This document shows, one piece after another, positions 19,035 to 26,759 of a stretch of 64,000 nucleotides of DNA; the first letter of the stretch is position 1; every line of letters starts with the position of its first letter. The translations under genes and the position numbers were made by a program. The notes beneath the pieces are model-generated. The model did no database searches. It was not told where the DNA came from and saw nothing but the letters and a program-made list of their open reading frames with translations. This DNA comes from an uncultured Anaerolineae bacterium. GTDB taxonomy: Bacteria > Chloroflexota > Anaerolineae > Aggregatilineales > UBA3940. The stretch is taken from assembly GCA_964439625.1 (NCBI GenBank), contig CAYTPI010000019.1, positions 73 to 64,072 of the forward strand. Reading direction: 5' to 3'.

Positions 19035-19844
19035 TTAAAGCCCAAACTGCTGCCGGATCAACGCGAAGAAATCAGCATCTGGCATCTGTGCCTTTGCACC
19101 GATCAATTGCTCGGCATCTGCACCAACAATGTAACGCATTTGGTCGGTGCCGTCTGTGGCAGCCTCGTAGACTACTTTGGCGACGTCGATGGCCTCCGAT
19201 GGGATGTCTATGGCTTGAACGCTAGCTGTAAACTTCTCGACCAGAGGCATATACTCCGCTGGGCTATCTTCAATGTTTAGGTCAAAGGAACGACCGCTAA
19301 AGTCAGTCTTGACGTTGCCGGGTTCAATAACCTTGACTGTAATGCCAACGCTGGCAAGTTCAAATGAGAGTGCTTCAGACATGCCCTCAACAGCCCATTT
19401 GGTGCCGTGGTAGAGTGTGCCCAGCGGGAAAGCAACTTTTCCGCCTACTGATGACACATTGATTACAATCCCAGAACCATTTTCGCGCATGTTGGGCAAG
19501 AACGCCTTGGTGGTCATCAGCAGGCCAATGACATTAACATCAAACTGACGGCGGATTTTTTCTTCGGCTGTTGCTTCCAGAATGCCGTAGGAGCCATAGC
19601 CTGCGTTGTTAAATAGAACATCCACCGTACCAAAATCATGGATGATTTGTGCGGCTGAATTGTTGATCGAATCAGTGTCAGTTACATCGAGTTGGTAGAG
19701 TGACACATTCTCTAACTGGTTGAGCTCCGTTTCGTTTTCTGGCTTACGCATGGTGGCGGCAACCTGCCACCCTTGCTCTGCAAAGTATTTCGCAGTTTCT
19801 TTACCAATACCTGAGCTTGAACCAGTGATCACAATCGACTTCAT
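19035..19844 (-). CDS. SDR family oxidoreductase
   Basis: It has 'ITGSSSGIGKE' (TGxxxGxG), 'NNAG' and 'YHGTK' (YxxxK). Confidence 0.9.
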   Translation of the reverse strand: MKSIVITGSSSGIGKETAKYFAEQGWQVAATMRKPENETELNQLENVSLYQLDVTDTDSINNSAAQIIHDFGTVDVLFNNAGYGSYGILEATAEEKIRRQFDVNVIGLLMTTKAFLPNMRENGSGIVINVSSVGGKVAFPLGTLYHGTKWAVEGMSEALSFELASVGITVKVIEPGNVKTDFSGRSFDLNIEDSPAEYMPLVEKFTASVQAIDIPSEAIDVAKVVYEAATDGTDQMRYIVGADAEQLIGAKAQMPDADFFALIRQQFGL

Positions 19845-19906
19845 TTAAGTTTCTCCAGATATATACAATGGTTTATCGAGAATATACGCCGTCGTCATCC
19901 AAAGTG

Positions 19907-19946
19907 CACTAGCTTATTACGCCAAAAAACTCGCATATTGCGCCAA
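19907..19946 (-). promoter_or_regulatory. 40-nt operator/promoter module, copy 2 (upstream of the SDR gene)
   Basis: The minus strand reads TTGGCGCAATAT-N10-TGGCGTAATAA-GCTAGTG. The module's proximal end (19907) lies 62 nt upstream of the SDR ATG. Confidence 0.6.
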
Positions 19947-20188
19947 ATAGGCGTGGCCTTTGCTTCTTCCCAGGGTGCTATAGTCTGGTTATATCGATGC
20001 TAGCGACGGCAAACGATAGGTTCGTTGAGCTCGCCATTGGTGACACCTACGGGGTTGGCTTGGAATACAGCCGTCGGGGTTTTATCCAAAAGTACAATAT
20101 GCGTGCAGGCTGTGTTTAGCACCCACGTCACAGGGAGAGCAAACCGAGGCGGGTTTAAGTCCCAAAGTATTGATAGGCTGTGCTGGCT

Positions 20189-20977
20189 CTACAGTTCCAT
20201 GAACTGCTGGAAGCCCTCATGGAAAGCCTCAGGTGTGTCCCACATCGGGAAGTGCCCTGCATCTTTAATATAGATCGTCTCGCCGTGTGGCATTACCTTT
20301 TTGAATAGGTGAACTTGCTTGGGGCTGACGATCACATCGCGGGCACCGTAAATGCCCAATGCGGGCATCTCCACACTCGTTAGAGGTTCGCGTAAGTCCG
20401 TGTGGCGCAATGATGAGATACTACCAAAGAAAGAGTCGGTGGTGAAGCCTGCTGAGTTTTGGATCGTCATCTCGTAGAACAAATTGGGATTCTGGCGTGA
20501 GACAAACGGCGACCAACCACGGATAAACGTCCGTAGCAGCGGCTGTTCATCTCCCATAAGCAGAATGCGAGCGATGGCTGGGTTGCCTGCCAACTTAAGG
20601 AAGAAGCTTAGGGAGCGCCCGTCAATTGGTGAGCCGACCACCCCCACTTTCTTGACGCGCTCTGGGTACTTCAGGGCAACGCCGAGGGCCGTCGTGCCGC
20701 CCATCGAATGCCCCATCACCGGAACGGGAGGCAGACCGAGAGCGTCCTGAAAGGCGGGGATTAGTTCAATGAAGTTATCGACCATGAACTGGTCTTTCGA
20801 CGATTCGCCAAAGCCCCACAGGTCTGGGGCATACATCCGGTATTGACCCTCAAAGGCTTCCATGGTAGAGCGCCACGTGTTCCATGCTTGCGTCCAGCCG
20901 TGAATCAGAATCACGGGTGGGCCGGAGCCGAGCACTTCGTAATGTACGTTTCCCTGAGGCGTCAGGATGGAAGGCAC
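20189..20977 (-). CDS. alpha/beta hydrolase
   Basis: It has 'ILIHGW', the nucleophile elbow 'GHSMGG' and the C-terminal 'DAGHFPMWD'. Confidence 0.85.
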   Translation of the reverse strand: MPSILTPQGNVHYEVLGSGPPVILIHGWTQAWNTWRSTMEAFEGQYRMYAPDLWGFGESSKDQFMVDNFIELIPAFQDALGLPPVPVMGHSMGGTTALGVALKYPERVKKVGVVGSPIDGRSLSFFLKLAGNPAIARILLMGDEQPLLRTFIRGWSPFVSRQNPNLFYEMTIQNSAGFTTDSFFGSISSLRHTDLREPLTSVEMPALGIYGARDVIVSPKQVHLFKKVMPHGETIYIKDAGHFPMWDTPEAFHEGFQQFMEL

Positions 20978-21108
20978 AGGCAGATCCTATCTGTTGCGCT
21001 GAAACAAGACCCCCGACCTTAAGTGGACGGGGGATGAAATTGTTTTTGAAAGACTAACGCTAATCTTGGTGATTAGCAATACCGATTTAGGCACCTAGCA
21101 CCGAGCGG

Positions 21109-21660
21109 TCAAGCGTCGCCTTCTTGCAGCTCCATCTCTTCGAGGATGCCGTACAGCAGTTGCAACAGCACATTCTTGACGCTCTCTTTGTCCGTCGCGA
21201 CGCAGGGCAGCATCTTGACGTCTTCATCGAGGCGCAGGGCAATGCGTAAATCTTCGATTAGCCAAGCATCATCGAGGTCTTGCTTGTTAGCAGCAACGAC
21301 GTAGGGCGTCGCAGCATAGGCGCGGAACGTCTCTAAAATGGAACGCGCTTCTGCGAAGGTCTCTGGCAGGGATGAGTCGACAAGGACGACGAACCCAAGC
21401 ATACCTTTCGCCAGAATATCCCACATGAAGTTGAAGCGCTTCTGGCCTGGCGTGCCGAATAGGTAGAGTACAAGGTCGTCATCTACCGTAATGCGCCCGA
21501 AGTCCATGGCAACGGTGGTGGAGTCTTTGACCTTTTCCGCCTCAGAACTGATGGCGCGTTCGGTCTGCACCACCTCAATCTCACTGATTGAGCCAACGAA
21601 CTTCGTCTTACCGGAGTTAAATGGCCCAGTTATGACGATTTTTACTGTTTGTGTATCCAT
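21109..21660 (-). CDS. small Ras-like GTPase (MglA/CvnD-like, COG2229 type)
   Basis: It has the P-loop 'GPFNSGKT', 'GTPGQ' (G3) and 'NKQD' (G4). Confidence 0.8.
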   Translation of the reverse strand: MDTQTVKIVITGPFNSGKTKFVGSISEIEVVQTERAISSEAEKVKDSTTVAMDFGRITVDDDLVLYLFGTPGQKRFNFMWDILAKGMLGFVVLVDSSLPETFAEARSILETFRAYAATPYVVAANKQDLDDAWLIEDLRIALRLDEDVKMLPCVATDKESVKNVLLQLLYGILEEMELQEGDA

Positions 21661-21793
21661 AGTGCCTCACTTTTGTTGTCAAAGCGGTTGGTGTCTTGGC
21701 TCACCGAACTGCTCACCCTAGTATGATTGCTGTACTATGTTACTAAATGCTGGTGTGGGTCGTGCGGTGCCCTCACCGAAATACAATAGGCGC

Positions 21794-22591
21794 TTAACTG
21801 CCCATATTCTGAAAATGGCTGATTAAGCGACCAACCAGCTTTTTCTTCTCTTTGACCTCTTCCGCACTAAGCTCTTCCTTCAGGCGGATTTGCACGAGTT
21901 CGATTAAGCCCGCTTCCCGCAAGCTACCGACGACTCGCCGAATTTGGCGGTCTTGCATCTCAAGGCTTTTGGCGATCATGCGGATGGTGTTGCCACCTTT
22001 CACGTAGCGCAGCACGCTCCACTCGTCACGGTTAAGTTCCAAATCTTTGATGACATGCTTGGAGTTTTCCGTGAACTTCAGGCCAACGTCAAGGCTTGGG
22101 ATTTCATCCATAAGCTGCTCGTCGCGCTTTTGCACGCGGGCGATCTGAATGATGATGTTCTCAAGGTCGAGCGGAACAAGAATGCGGTCATTGCCGGGGT
22201 GCTGCTGCCCGTTGAACTCGAAAGCGCCTTCTTTCCAATGGGCAAACTCGTTGATGATCGTCAGCGCATGACGCTTGATGCTTTTGATAATATCTGCCCG
22301 GCTGACGTAATTCTTTTGGATCAAGAGCAAGCCGAGCTGCTTGTCACTGGTTTTTTCAGCGTGCTTGGAGAGGGTTTCTCCTTGTTCTTTGCTGATGCGC
22401 TTCGCACGAACCAGTACATTCGCCAGTGAGCCATCTGCGCCACCCAAGGCTGCAAACACCAGCTTACCATCTTTGAAAGCCAGTGCACCCTTCGTCCCTT
22501 TGTGGTTCACATGAAGTGTCCCCGACTTTTTGGCAAGGCTTACCAGATTTAAAATCTGAGTCGGATGAAAGTCTTTGAGGTTGCCCTTCAT
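21794..22591 (-). CDS. PATAN (DUF4388) domain protein with C-terminal winged-helix-like region
   Basis: 'MKGNLKDFHPTQILNLVSLAKKSGTLHV' is the typical DUF4388/PATAN start. The C-terminal 'IRMIAKSLEMQDRQIRRVVGSLREAGLIELV' is HTH-like. Confidence 0.65.
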   Translation of the reverse strand: MKGNLKDFHPTQILNLVSLAKKSGTLHVNHKGTKGALAFKDGKLVFAALGGADGSLANVLVRAKRISKEQGETLSKHAEKTSDKQLGLLLIQKNYVSRADIIKSIKRHALTIINEFAHWKEGAFEFNGQQHPGNDRILVPLDLENIIIQIARVQKRDEQLMDEIPSLDVGLKFTENSKHVIKDLELNRDEWSVLRYVKGGNTIRMIAKSLEMQDRQIRRVVGSLREAGLIELVQIRLKEELSAEEVKEKKKLVGRLISHFQNMGS

Positions 22592-22861
22592 ATTGCAGTT
22601 CCCGTGCCGTTGTACGGTGTTAATTCAGTACCTGAGGGTTTATACTGAGATGACGAAAGTATAGCACGTCGAAAAAATTTAAGCCAAACCAGTAAACCGG
22701 CCTAGACTGCTACCAAGCACTGTTAAGCTTGTTAGAATAGTCCGTGTATTGTGCCATAGACTTTGCTGGGATGCGGAAAAAGCAGCAAGGTTGGTAACAC
22801 GTTGTAACTTTTACCAAACGACCCGCGCCCTTGAACCCTACACGCAAGAAAGGAACTTAAA

Positions 22862-23614
22862 ATGCCAAAAGACGATAAGACGCAGTCAGCTGACGCCAAT
22901 GCTGATGCTGCTGTGCCAGCACCTGAGGCCAAACAGAATGCCCTCGCGTCGACAAATGTTAAGGAAGAGGCATCGAAGCCCGCTCTGACGAGCAGCTCAG
23001 CAGTCAAAGAGCGTTCGCTGCCTAAAATCAATAAGCTGCCGCCCGGCTATATCCCCTTGTGGATTATCGCATTGACATCGTTGCTGTTGAATATTCTGTT
23101 AATCAACCAACTGCTACAGGTGCGTGCGCTTGCGGCTGTGACGATTGGTGAGGCTGCAATGATCTTGGAAGGCTTCGGTGATGAGACTTTCTCATACAAT
23201 TTTACGTTTGATGATACGTTGAATATCCAAACAGAAATTCCTGTTAATGAGACCATTCCGGTGGAAATCAACGAGCAAATTGACATATCAACAGTTGTCA
23301 ATGTGCCCATTCGTACACCGCTCGGCAACACTAGTGCTAACGTACCGATCAATACCACCATCCCCATTGATTTGGATTTTGAAGTGCCTCTCGAGCAGAC
23401 GTTTGAGGTGCAGGCTGCCGTGCCGATTAGCTTAAGTGTGCCGGTTGAGATCGGCGTCGAGGAGACACCGCTGGGTGGGGCACTTGATGAGATGGTGGCT
23501 AATCTTTACGACCTGTCTGCGGAACTCAGCCAGCCAATTGTTGCGCTTGGTGCGGGCAGTCAATCCGACAATTCAACGACTATTGAGGTGACTGCAACGC
23601 CTTCGTCAGAATAG
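22862..23614 (+). CDS. hypothetical single-pass membrane protein with repetitive 'VP(I/V)' beta-rich ectodomain
   Basis: AAAGGAA RBS. A charged N-terminus is followed by the TM 'LWIIALTSLLLNILLI'. It then has reiterated short motifs (IPVNETIPVEIN / NVPIRTP / NVPINTTIPIDL / AVPISLSVPVEI). Confidence 0.5.
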   Translation: MPKDDKTQSADANADAAVPAPEAKQNALASTNVKEEASKPALTSSSAVKERSLPKINKLPPGYIPLWIIALTSLLLNILLINQLLQVRALAAVTIGEAAMILEGFGDETFSYNFTFDDTLNIQTEIPVNETIPVEINEQIDISTVVNVPIRTPLGNTSANVPINTTIPIDLDFEVPLEQTFEVQAAVPISLSVPVEIGVEETPLGGALDEMVANLYDLSAELSQPIVALGAGSQSDNSTTIEVTATPSSE

Positions 23615-23622
23615 GTGATCAG

Positions 23623-23659
23623 TTGGGGAAGACTGCCGTGTGAGGATGGTCTTCCCCAA
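23623..23659. terminator. bidirectional hairpin between convergent genes
   Basis: ttggggaagac (23623-23633) pairs with gtcttccccaa (23649-23659). This is an 11-bp perfect stem with a 15-nt loop. Confidence 0.6.
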
Positions 23660-23670
23660 GCTGTTAATTT

Positions 23671-24462
23671 CTAATCGTCCTCTTCCTCTTCTTCATCGCC
23701 GCCGTCGTCTTCATCCTCCTCTTCCTCATCGCCGCCGTCGTCTTCATCCTCCTCTTCCTCTTCCTCTTCCTCTTCTTCATCGCCGCCGTCTTCTTCTTCA
23801 TCCTCCTCGCCACCGTCTTGATCGTCGCCACCGTCTTGATCGTCGCTGCCGTCGTCTTGATCGTCACCGCCGTCGTCTTGATCGTCACCGCCACCGTCTT
23901 GATCGTCGCCACTATCGAAATCGTCTAGATCGTCGTTAGGTGGTAGGGGCGCTGTTGGTTGGTCGTCATCATTATCATTACTGTCAGTCGCCGGTACTGC
24001 TGGCTGAGGTGCTGAAGCTGCCTCTTGTTCGTTCGTGGTTAGTTCATCCATCAGCGCTTGGTCATCATCGTCATCATCTGCCGGAGAAGCGGTATCTGAG
24101 TCTATCAGTGCTGCCGGGTCAGGCTCGTTGGGTATCGTGTCATTGACTTCATCACCGGACAGCGTCTCGATGCCCTGCTCGACTTGCTCAAGCTGCATCT
24201 GTAAGTCCATAAGGAGCGCTCTCAGCTCGTCCGTGGTGTAGAGAGCGCCGTTATAATAGATCAGTTCTGCGTCAGCAGATGGTTGAGCCGCCTCTTGTTC
24301 GGCTAAATCTGGTTGATCGATTTGCAGTAGTTCGCCATCGACTTCGCCCAGAAACTCTGGACGCTGCATCCGACGTTCAATGAGATAGCCGGCGCCGAGA
24401 ACAGCAACACTTGCGATGACTGCGAATAACCGACTGACGATTGAAAATATTGAAGCATTCAT
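23671..24462 (-). CDS. single-pass membrane protein with coiled-coil segment and ~90-aa poly-acidic (D/E/G) C-terminal tail
   Basis: The N-terminal TM 'IFSIVSRLFAVIASVAVLGAGYLI' is followed by ERRMQR. The central segment is 'LRALLMDLQMQLEQVEQGIETL'. The tail is '...DDQDGGGDDQDDGGDDQDDGSDDQDGGDDQDGGEEDEEEDGGDEEEEEEEEEEDEDDGGDEEEEDEDDGGDEEEEEDD*'. Its ATG lies 2 nt downstream of the stop of the ATP-grasp gene. Confidence 0.7.
   Translation of the reverse strand: MNASIFSIVSRLFAVIASVAVLGAGYLIERRMQRPEFLGEVDGELLQIDQPDLAEQEAAQPSADAELIYYNGALYTTDELRALLMDLQMQLEQVEQGIETLSGDEVNDTIPNEPDPAALIDSDTASPADDDDDDQALMDELTTNEQEAASAPQPAVPATDSNDNDDDQPTAPLPPNDDLDDFDSGDDQDGGGDDQDDGGDDQDDGSDDQDGGDDQDGGEEDEEEDGGDEEEEEEEEEEDEDDGGDEEEEDEDDGGDEEEEEDD
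23694..23910. repeat. in-frame tandem DNA repeats encoding the acidic tail
   Basis: There is a perfect 33-nt tandem duplication, catcgccgccgtcgtcttcatcctcctcttcct, at 23694-23726 and 23727-23759. About five degenerate 18-21-nt units (...ccgtcttgatcgtc...) lie at roughly 23809-23910. Confidence 0.85.
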
Positions 24463-24464
24463 GT

Positions 24465-25325
24465 TTAGTTCCTCTCTGTGGACTCGTCAAAAATGACGTT
24501 ATACAGTCCTGCTGTTGTGATGTTTTGTATTTCAAGGCCGGGGCGAGCATTTACTTCTAGAATAATGACCCCCAATGATTGATCAATAACAACATCAACC
24601 CCGAGATACGTTAGCCCAGTTGCTTCAGCACAACGCGCTGAGACATCGAGAATGGTGTGCCATTCTGGTATTTGTGTGCCAACCAATGGATGGTTGGTGT
24701 CAGGGTGGGTATCAACAGCCTGCCCCTTCTGGTAGGCCGCATCAATACGACCCGTCTTCAGGTTGATGGCTGCACCGAGGCCCCCTTGGTGCAGGTTGGC
24801 ACGACCGCCTGTTTCGTGCGTGGGTAGACGGGCCATTGCCAGTTCAGGTTGGCTACCGTTGCAGATCACGCGGATATCAGGTAAGCCAACTGGGGCCAGC
24901 CCAAGCAGCGTAGCATGTGGACGCAGCAGTGGTTCAAACAAGGCCATATCGCTGCTACCTGGTGAATGCTCACCGTCGATGATTTCGCGGGCGTGCTCGA
25001 AGATGGCAGCCGGTGTGATCAGCTTGCCTGAACCACTGCGCCAACCGCCCTCTGTGCGGCTTACTGCCAGCATGACGCCCTTGCCCTGTAAACTTTGGTT
25101 AGGCTTCACCACCCATGCTTCTGGCAAAACGTCGAAGTTAAAACGGCGCAGCTCAAAAGGGTCACGGATCAGGTACAGTGTCGGCACCACTGGGTTGCCC
25201 ACTGCGATGAGAGCCTGCTTGGCGGCGTGCTTATCATTGACAAGCCGGATCGCTTTCCTCGGATTGGCGCCATCAATAAATGCGTTGCGGGCGTTCAACC
25301 CTAGAATGTTGTCCCAGTTAACCAT
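24465..25325 (-). CDS. RimK-related ATP-grasp ligase ('alpha-L-glutamate ligase-like', TIGR02291-type)
   Basis: The N-terminus 'ILGLNARNAFIDGANPRKAIRLVNDKHAAKQAL' matches the remembered 'ILGMNRRN..YI..N.R......DDKL.TK' start of this family. The C-terminus 'LTYLGVDVVIDQSLGVIILEVNARPGLEIQ' is the ATP-grasp Mg/ATP site pattern. Confidence 0.7.
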   Translation of the reverse strand: MVNWDNILGLNARNAFIDGANPRKAIRLVNDKHAAKQALIAVGNPVVPTLYLIRDPFELRRFNFDVLPEAWVVKPNQSLQGKGVMLAVSRTEGGWRSGSGKLITPAAIFEHAREIIDGEHSPGSSDMALFEPLLRPHATLLGLAPVGLPDIRVICNGSQPELAMARLPTHETGGRANLHQGGLGAAINLKTGRIDAAYQKGQAVDTHPDTNHPLVGTQIPEWHTILDVSARCAEATGLTYLGVDVVIDQSLGVIILEVNARPGLEIQNITTAGLYNVIFDESTERN

Positions 25326-26478
25326 TCGTCAGTTTGGCCTCCTGTGCCGCCTGCCGAAAGCGTATGACCTCGGTCAGGCGTAAGCCGCGGTATGACCCCA
25401 ATAGCCAGATCCAGATGACACAGGCCACTGCCAAGGCGACGGGCATCGAGTCGGCAAGCAGACGAATAAAGGGGGATAGAAACAGAGCCGTCATCACCAA
25501 GGCGACGATCACAGTGCTGAGGAACAGTTTGATTGTCTTTTTTGGACCATCGACATCAAAGCCTTCGTACAACTTCTCGACGACTAGCGCAATCGCGACG
25601 AGGGGTAGGGCCATCGCCAGTGCGTTTGCATCCGAGACGGGGTTCAGCAAATAATCCAGCACGATAATCACTGCGGAAGTCAGACCGATCAGAATGCCCA
25701 AGCGCGACAGTCGTGGTGTCCGTTGGCTGCGGAGGAGGGGTTCAAGCAGCAAGCCGAGAATGATGGCGATCACTAAGATGGCAAGTGCTGAAAATATGTC
25801 AACTTGTAGCATCGAAAAAGCGATCAACATTGGGGTGAAGGTGCCCAGCATTTTGAGCCCAATGATCTGCCGCAGTGCTACGATGAAAACAGCCGCCAAT
25901 GGAATGAGCGCGACCATCGTTGCCGTTTTAATGCGGGTCTGTGTGGCAGCGATGAAGGCTTCGATAGTCGATGGTGCCCGCCCTTCGCCGGGGTCCGTCA
26001 GTTGGGTTTGGTCTACCGCGACGCGTACATCACCGAGGACACTGCGCCCAACGACCAGCGGCGTGCTGAGGTTGGCCCGGTCAGAGACGGTGGCAAATAC
26101 GGTTTGCTGCTGGCCTGCAAACTGAACCGTCAACTGAATGACGGGGCGTTTTTCCACGCCACTGGGTGTGATCACCGATACGATCTCGGCCTGCGATAAG
26201 TCGTAACCTAATGTTTCAGCGAGGGTACGGTCAATTGAGACGTCTGAAGTCGCTGTATTGACAGCCGCCAGCACCTCCTTGGGCCGCCCATTTTGGTCGA
26301 ACAACAAGACGCGTTCTTCTGCCCCTACGGTGAGTGCCTCGCCACTGGCGCGTTCGGATGGACGCGCCAACCCAAGCAAAAAGATTGCTACAACAAGAAT
26401 AACGGTTGTTCCAACCTGCACGAGTGCGGGTATTGCACGGTTCATAGATAACTCCAATTCTGAAAAGGATGTAAACAT
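25318..26478 (-). CDS. fusion of a DUF785/COG4067 retropepsin-like domain (probably inactive) to a 7TM module
   Basis: An N-terminal TM is followed by '...EVLAAVNTATSDVSID...VITPSGVEKRPVIQLTVQFAGQQQTVFATVSDRANLSTPLVVGRSVLG', which is DUF785-like. Seven predicted TM helices follow, resembling the 7TM domain found with inactive transglutaminases in RimK-like neighbourhoods. It overlaps the ATP-grasp start by 8 nt. Confidence 0.55.
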   Translation of the reverse strand: MFTSFSELELSMNRAIPALVQVGTTVILVVAIFLLGLARPSERASGEALTVGAEERVLLFDQNGRPKEVLAAVNTATSDVSIDRTLAETLGYDLSQAEIVSVITPSGVEKRPVIQLTVQFAGQQQTVFATVSDRANLSTPLVVGRSVLGDVRVAVDQTQLTDPGEGRAPSTIEAFIAATQTRIKTATMVALIPLAAVFIVALRQIIGLKMLGTFTPMLIAFSMLQVDIFSALAILVIAIILGLLLEPLLRSQRTPRLSRLGILIGLTSAVIIVLDYLLNPVSDANALAMALPLVAIALVVEKLYEGFDVDGPKKTIKLFLSTVIVALVMTALFLSPFIRLLADSMPVALAVACVIWIWLLGSYRGLRLTEVIRFRQAAQEAKLTNG

Positions 26479-26656
26479 AACGCCTGTAAAGTAATCATAA
26501 AGTCATGGGTTATGCTTTAGGTCAATGGCTATGGGCCTTGCTGTGCCTTGGTTATTGATGCGTGCGCCCACCGTTCATGAGCCTATCTACCCATTCACTA
26601 TAGAAGACGAATGACCCCCCTCAGGGGTGTACATCGATTTGGAAATTGGTCGGAAT

Positions 26657-26686
26657 CAAAAAGCCCGATGCTGCTGCACTGGGCTT
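26657..26686 (-). terminator. weak hairpin + T-run downstream of asnS
   Basis: The minus strand reads gaAGCCCagtgcagcagcatcGGGCTTTTTG. Confidence 0.4.
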
Positions 26687-26759
26687 CTCATGATCTTAAG
26701 CGCACAGTCAGCGGTGTGGGTCACGACTTAGACGCTTTCAGTCTCTATTCTATCCGATA

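Noticed and set aside
20025-20273. An 82-aa plus-strand ORF in the SDR/hydrolase spacer.
   Set aside because: It overlaps the 3' end of the hydrolase gene on the opposite strand. It has no RBS and no recognisable features.
23640-23939. The plus-strand ORF (RRRRLHPPLP... repeats) and the off-frame minus-strand ORF 23664..23912 (K/R/T-rich) cover the acidic-tail region.
   Set aside because: They are frame shadows of the GA/GC-rich tandem repeats. Only the D/E frame connects to a TM-containing N-terminus and is coupled to the upstream gene.
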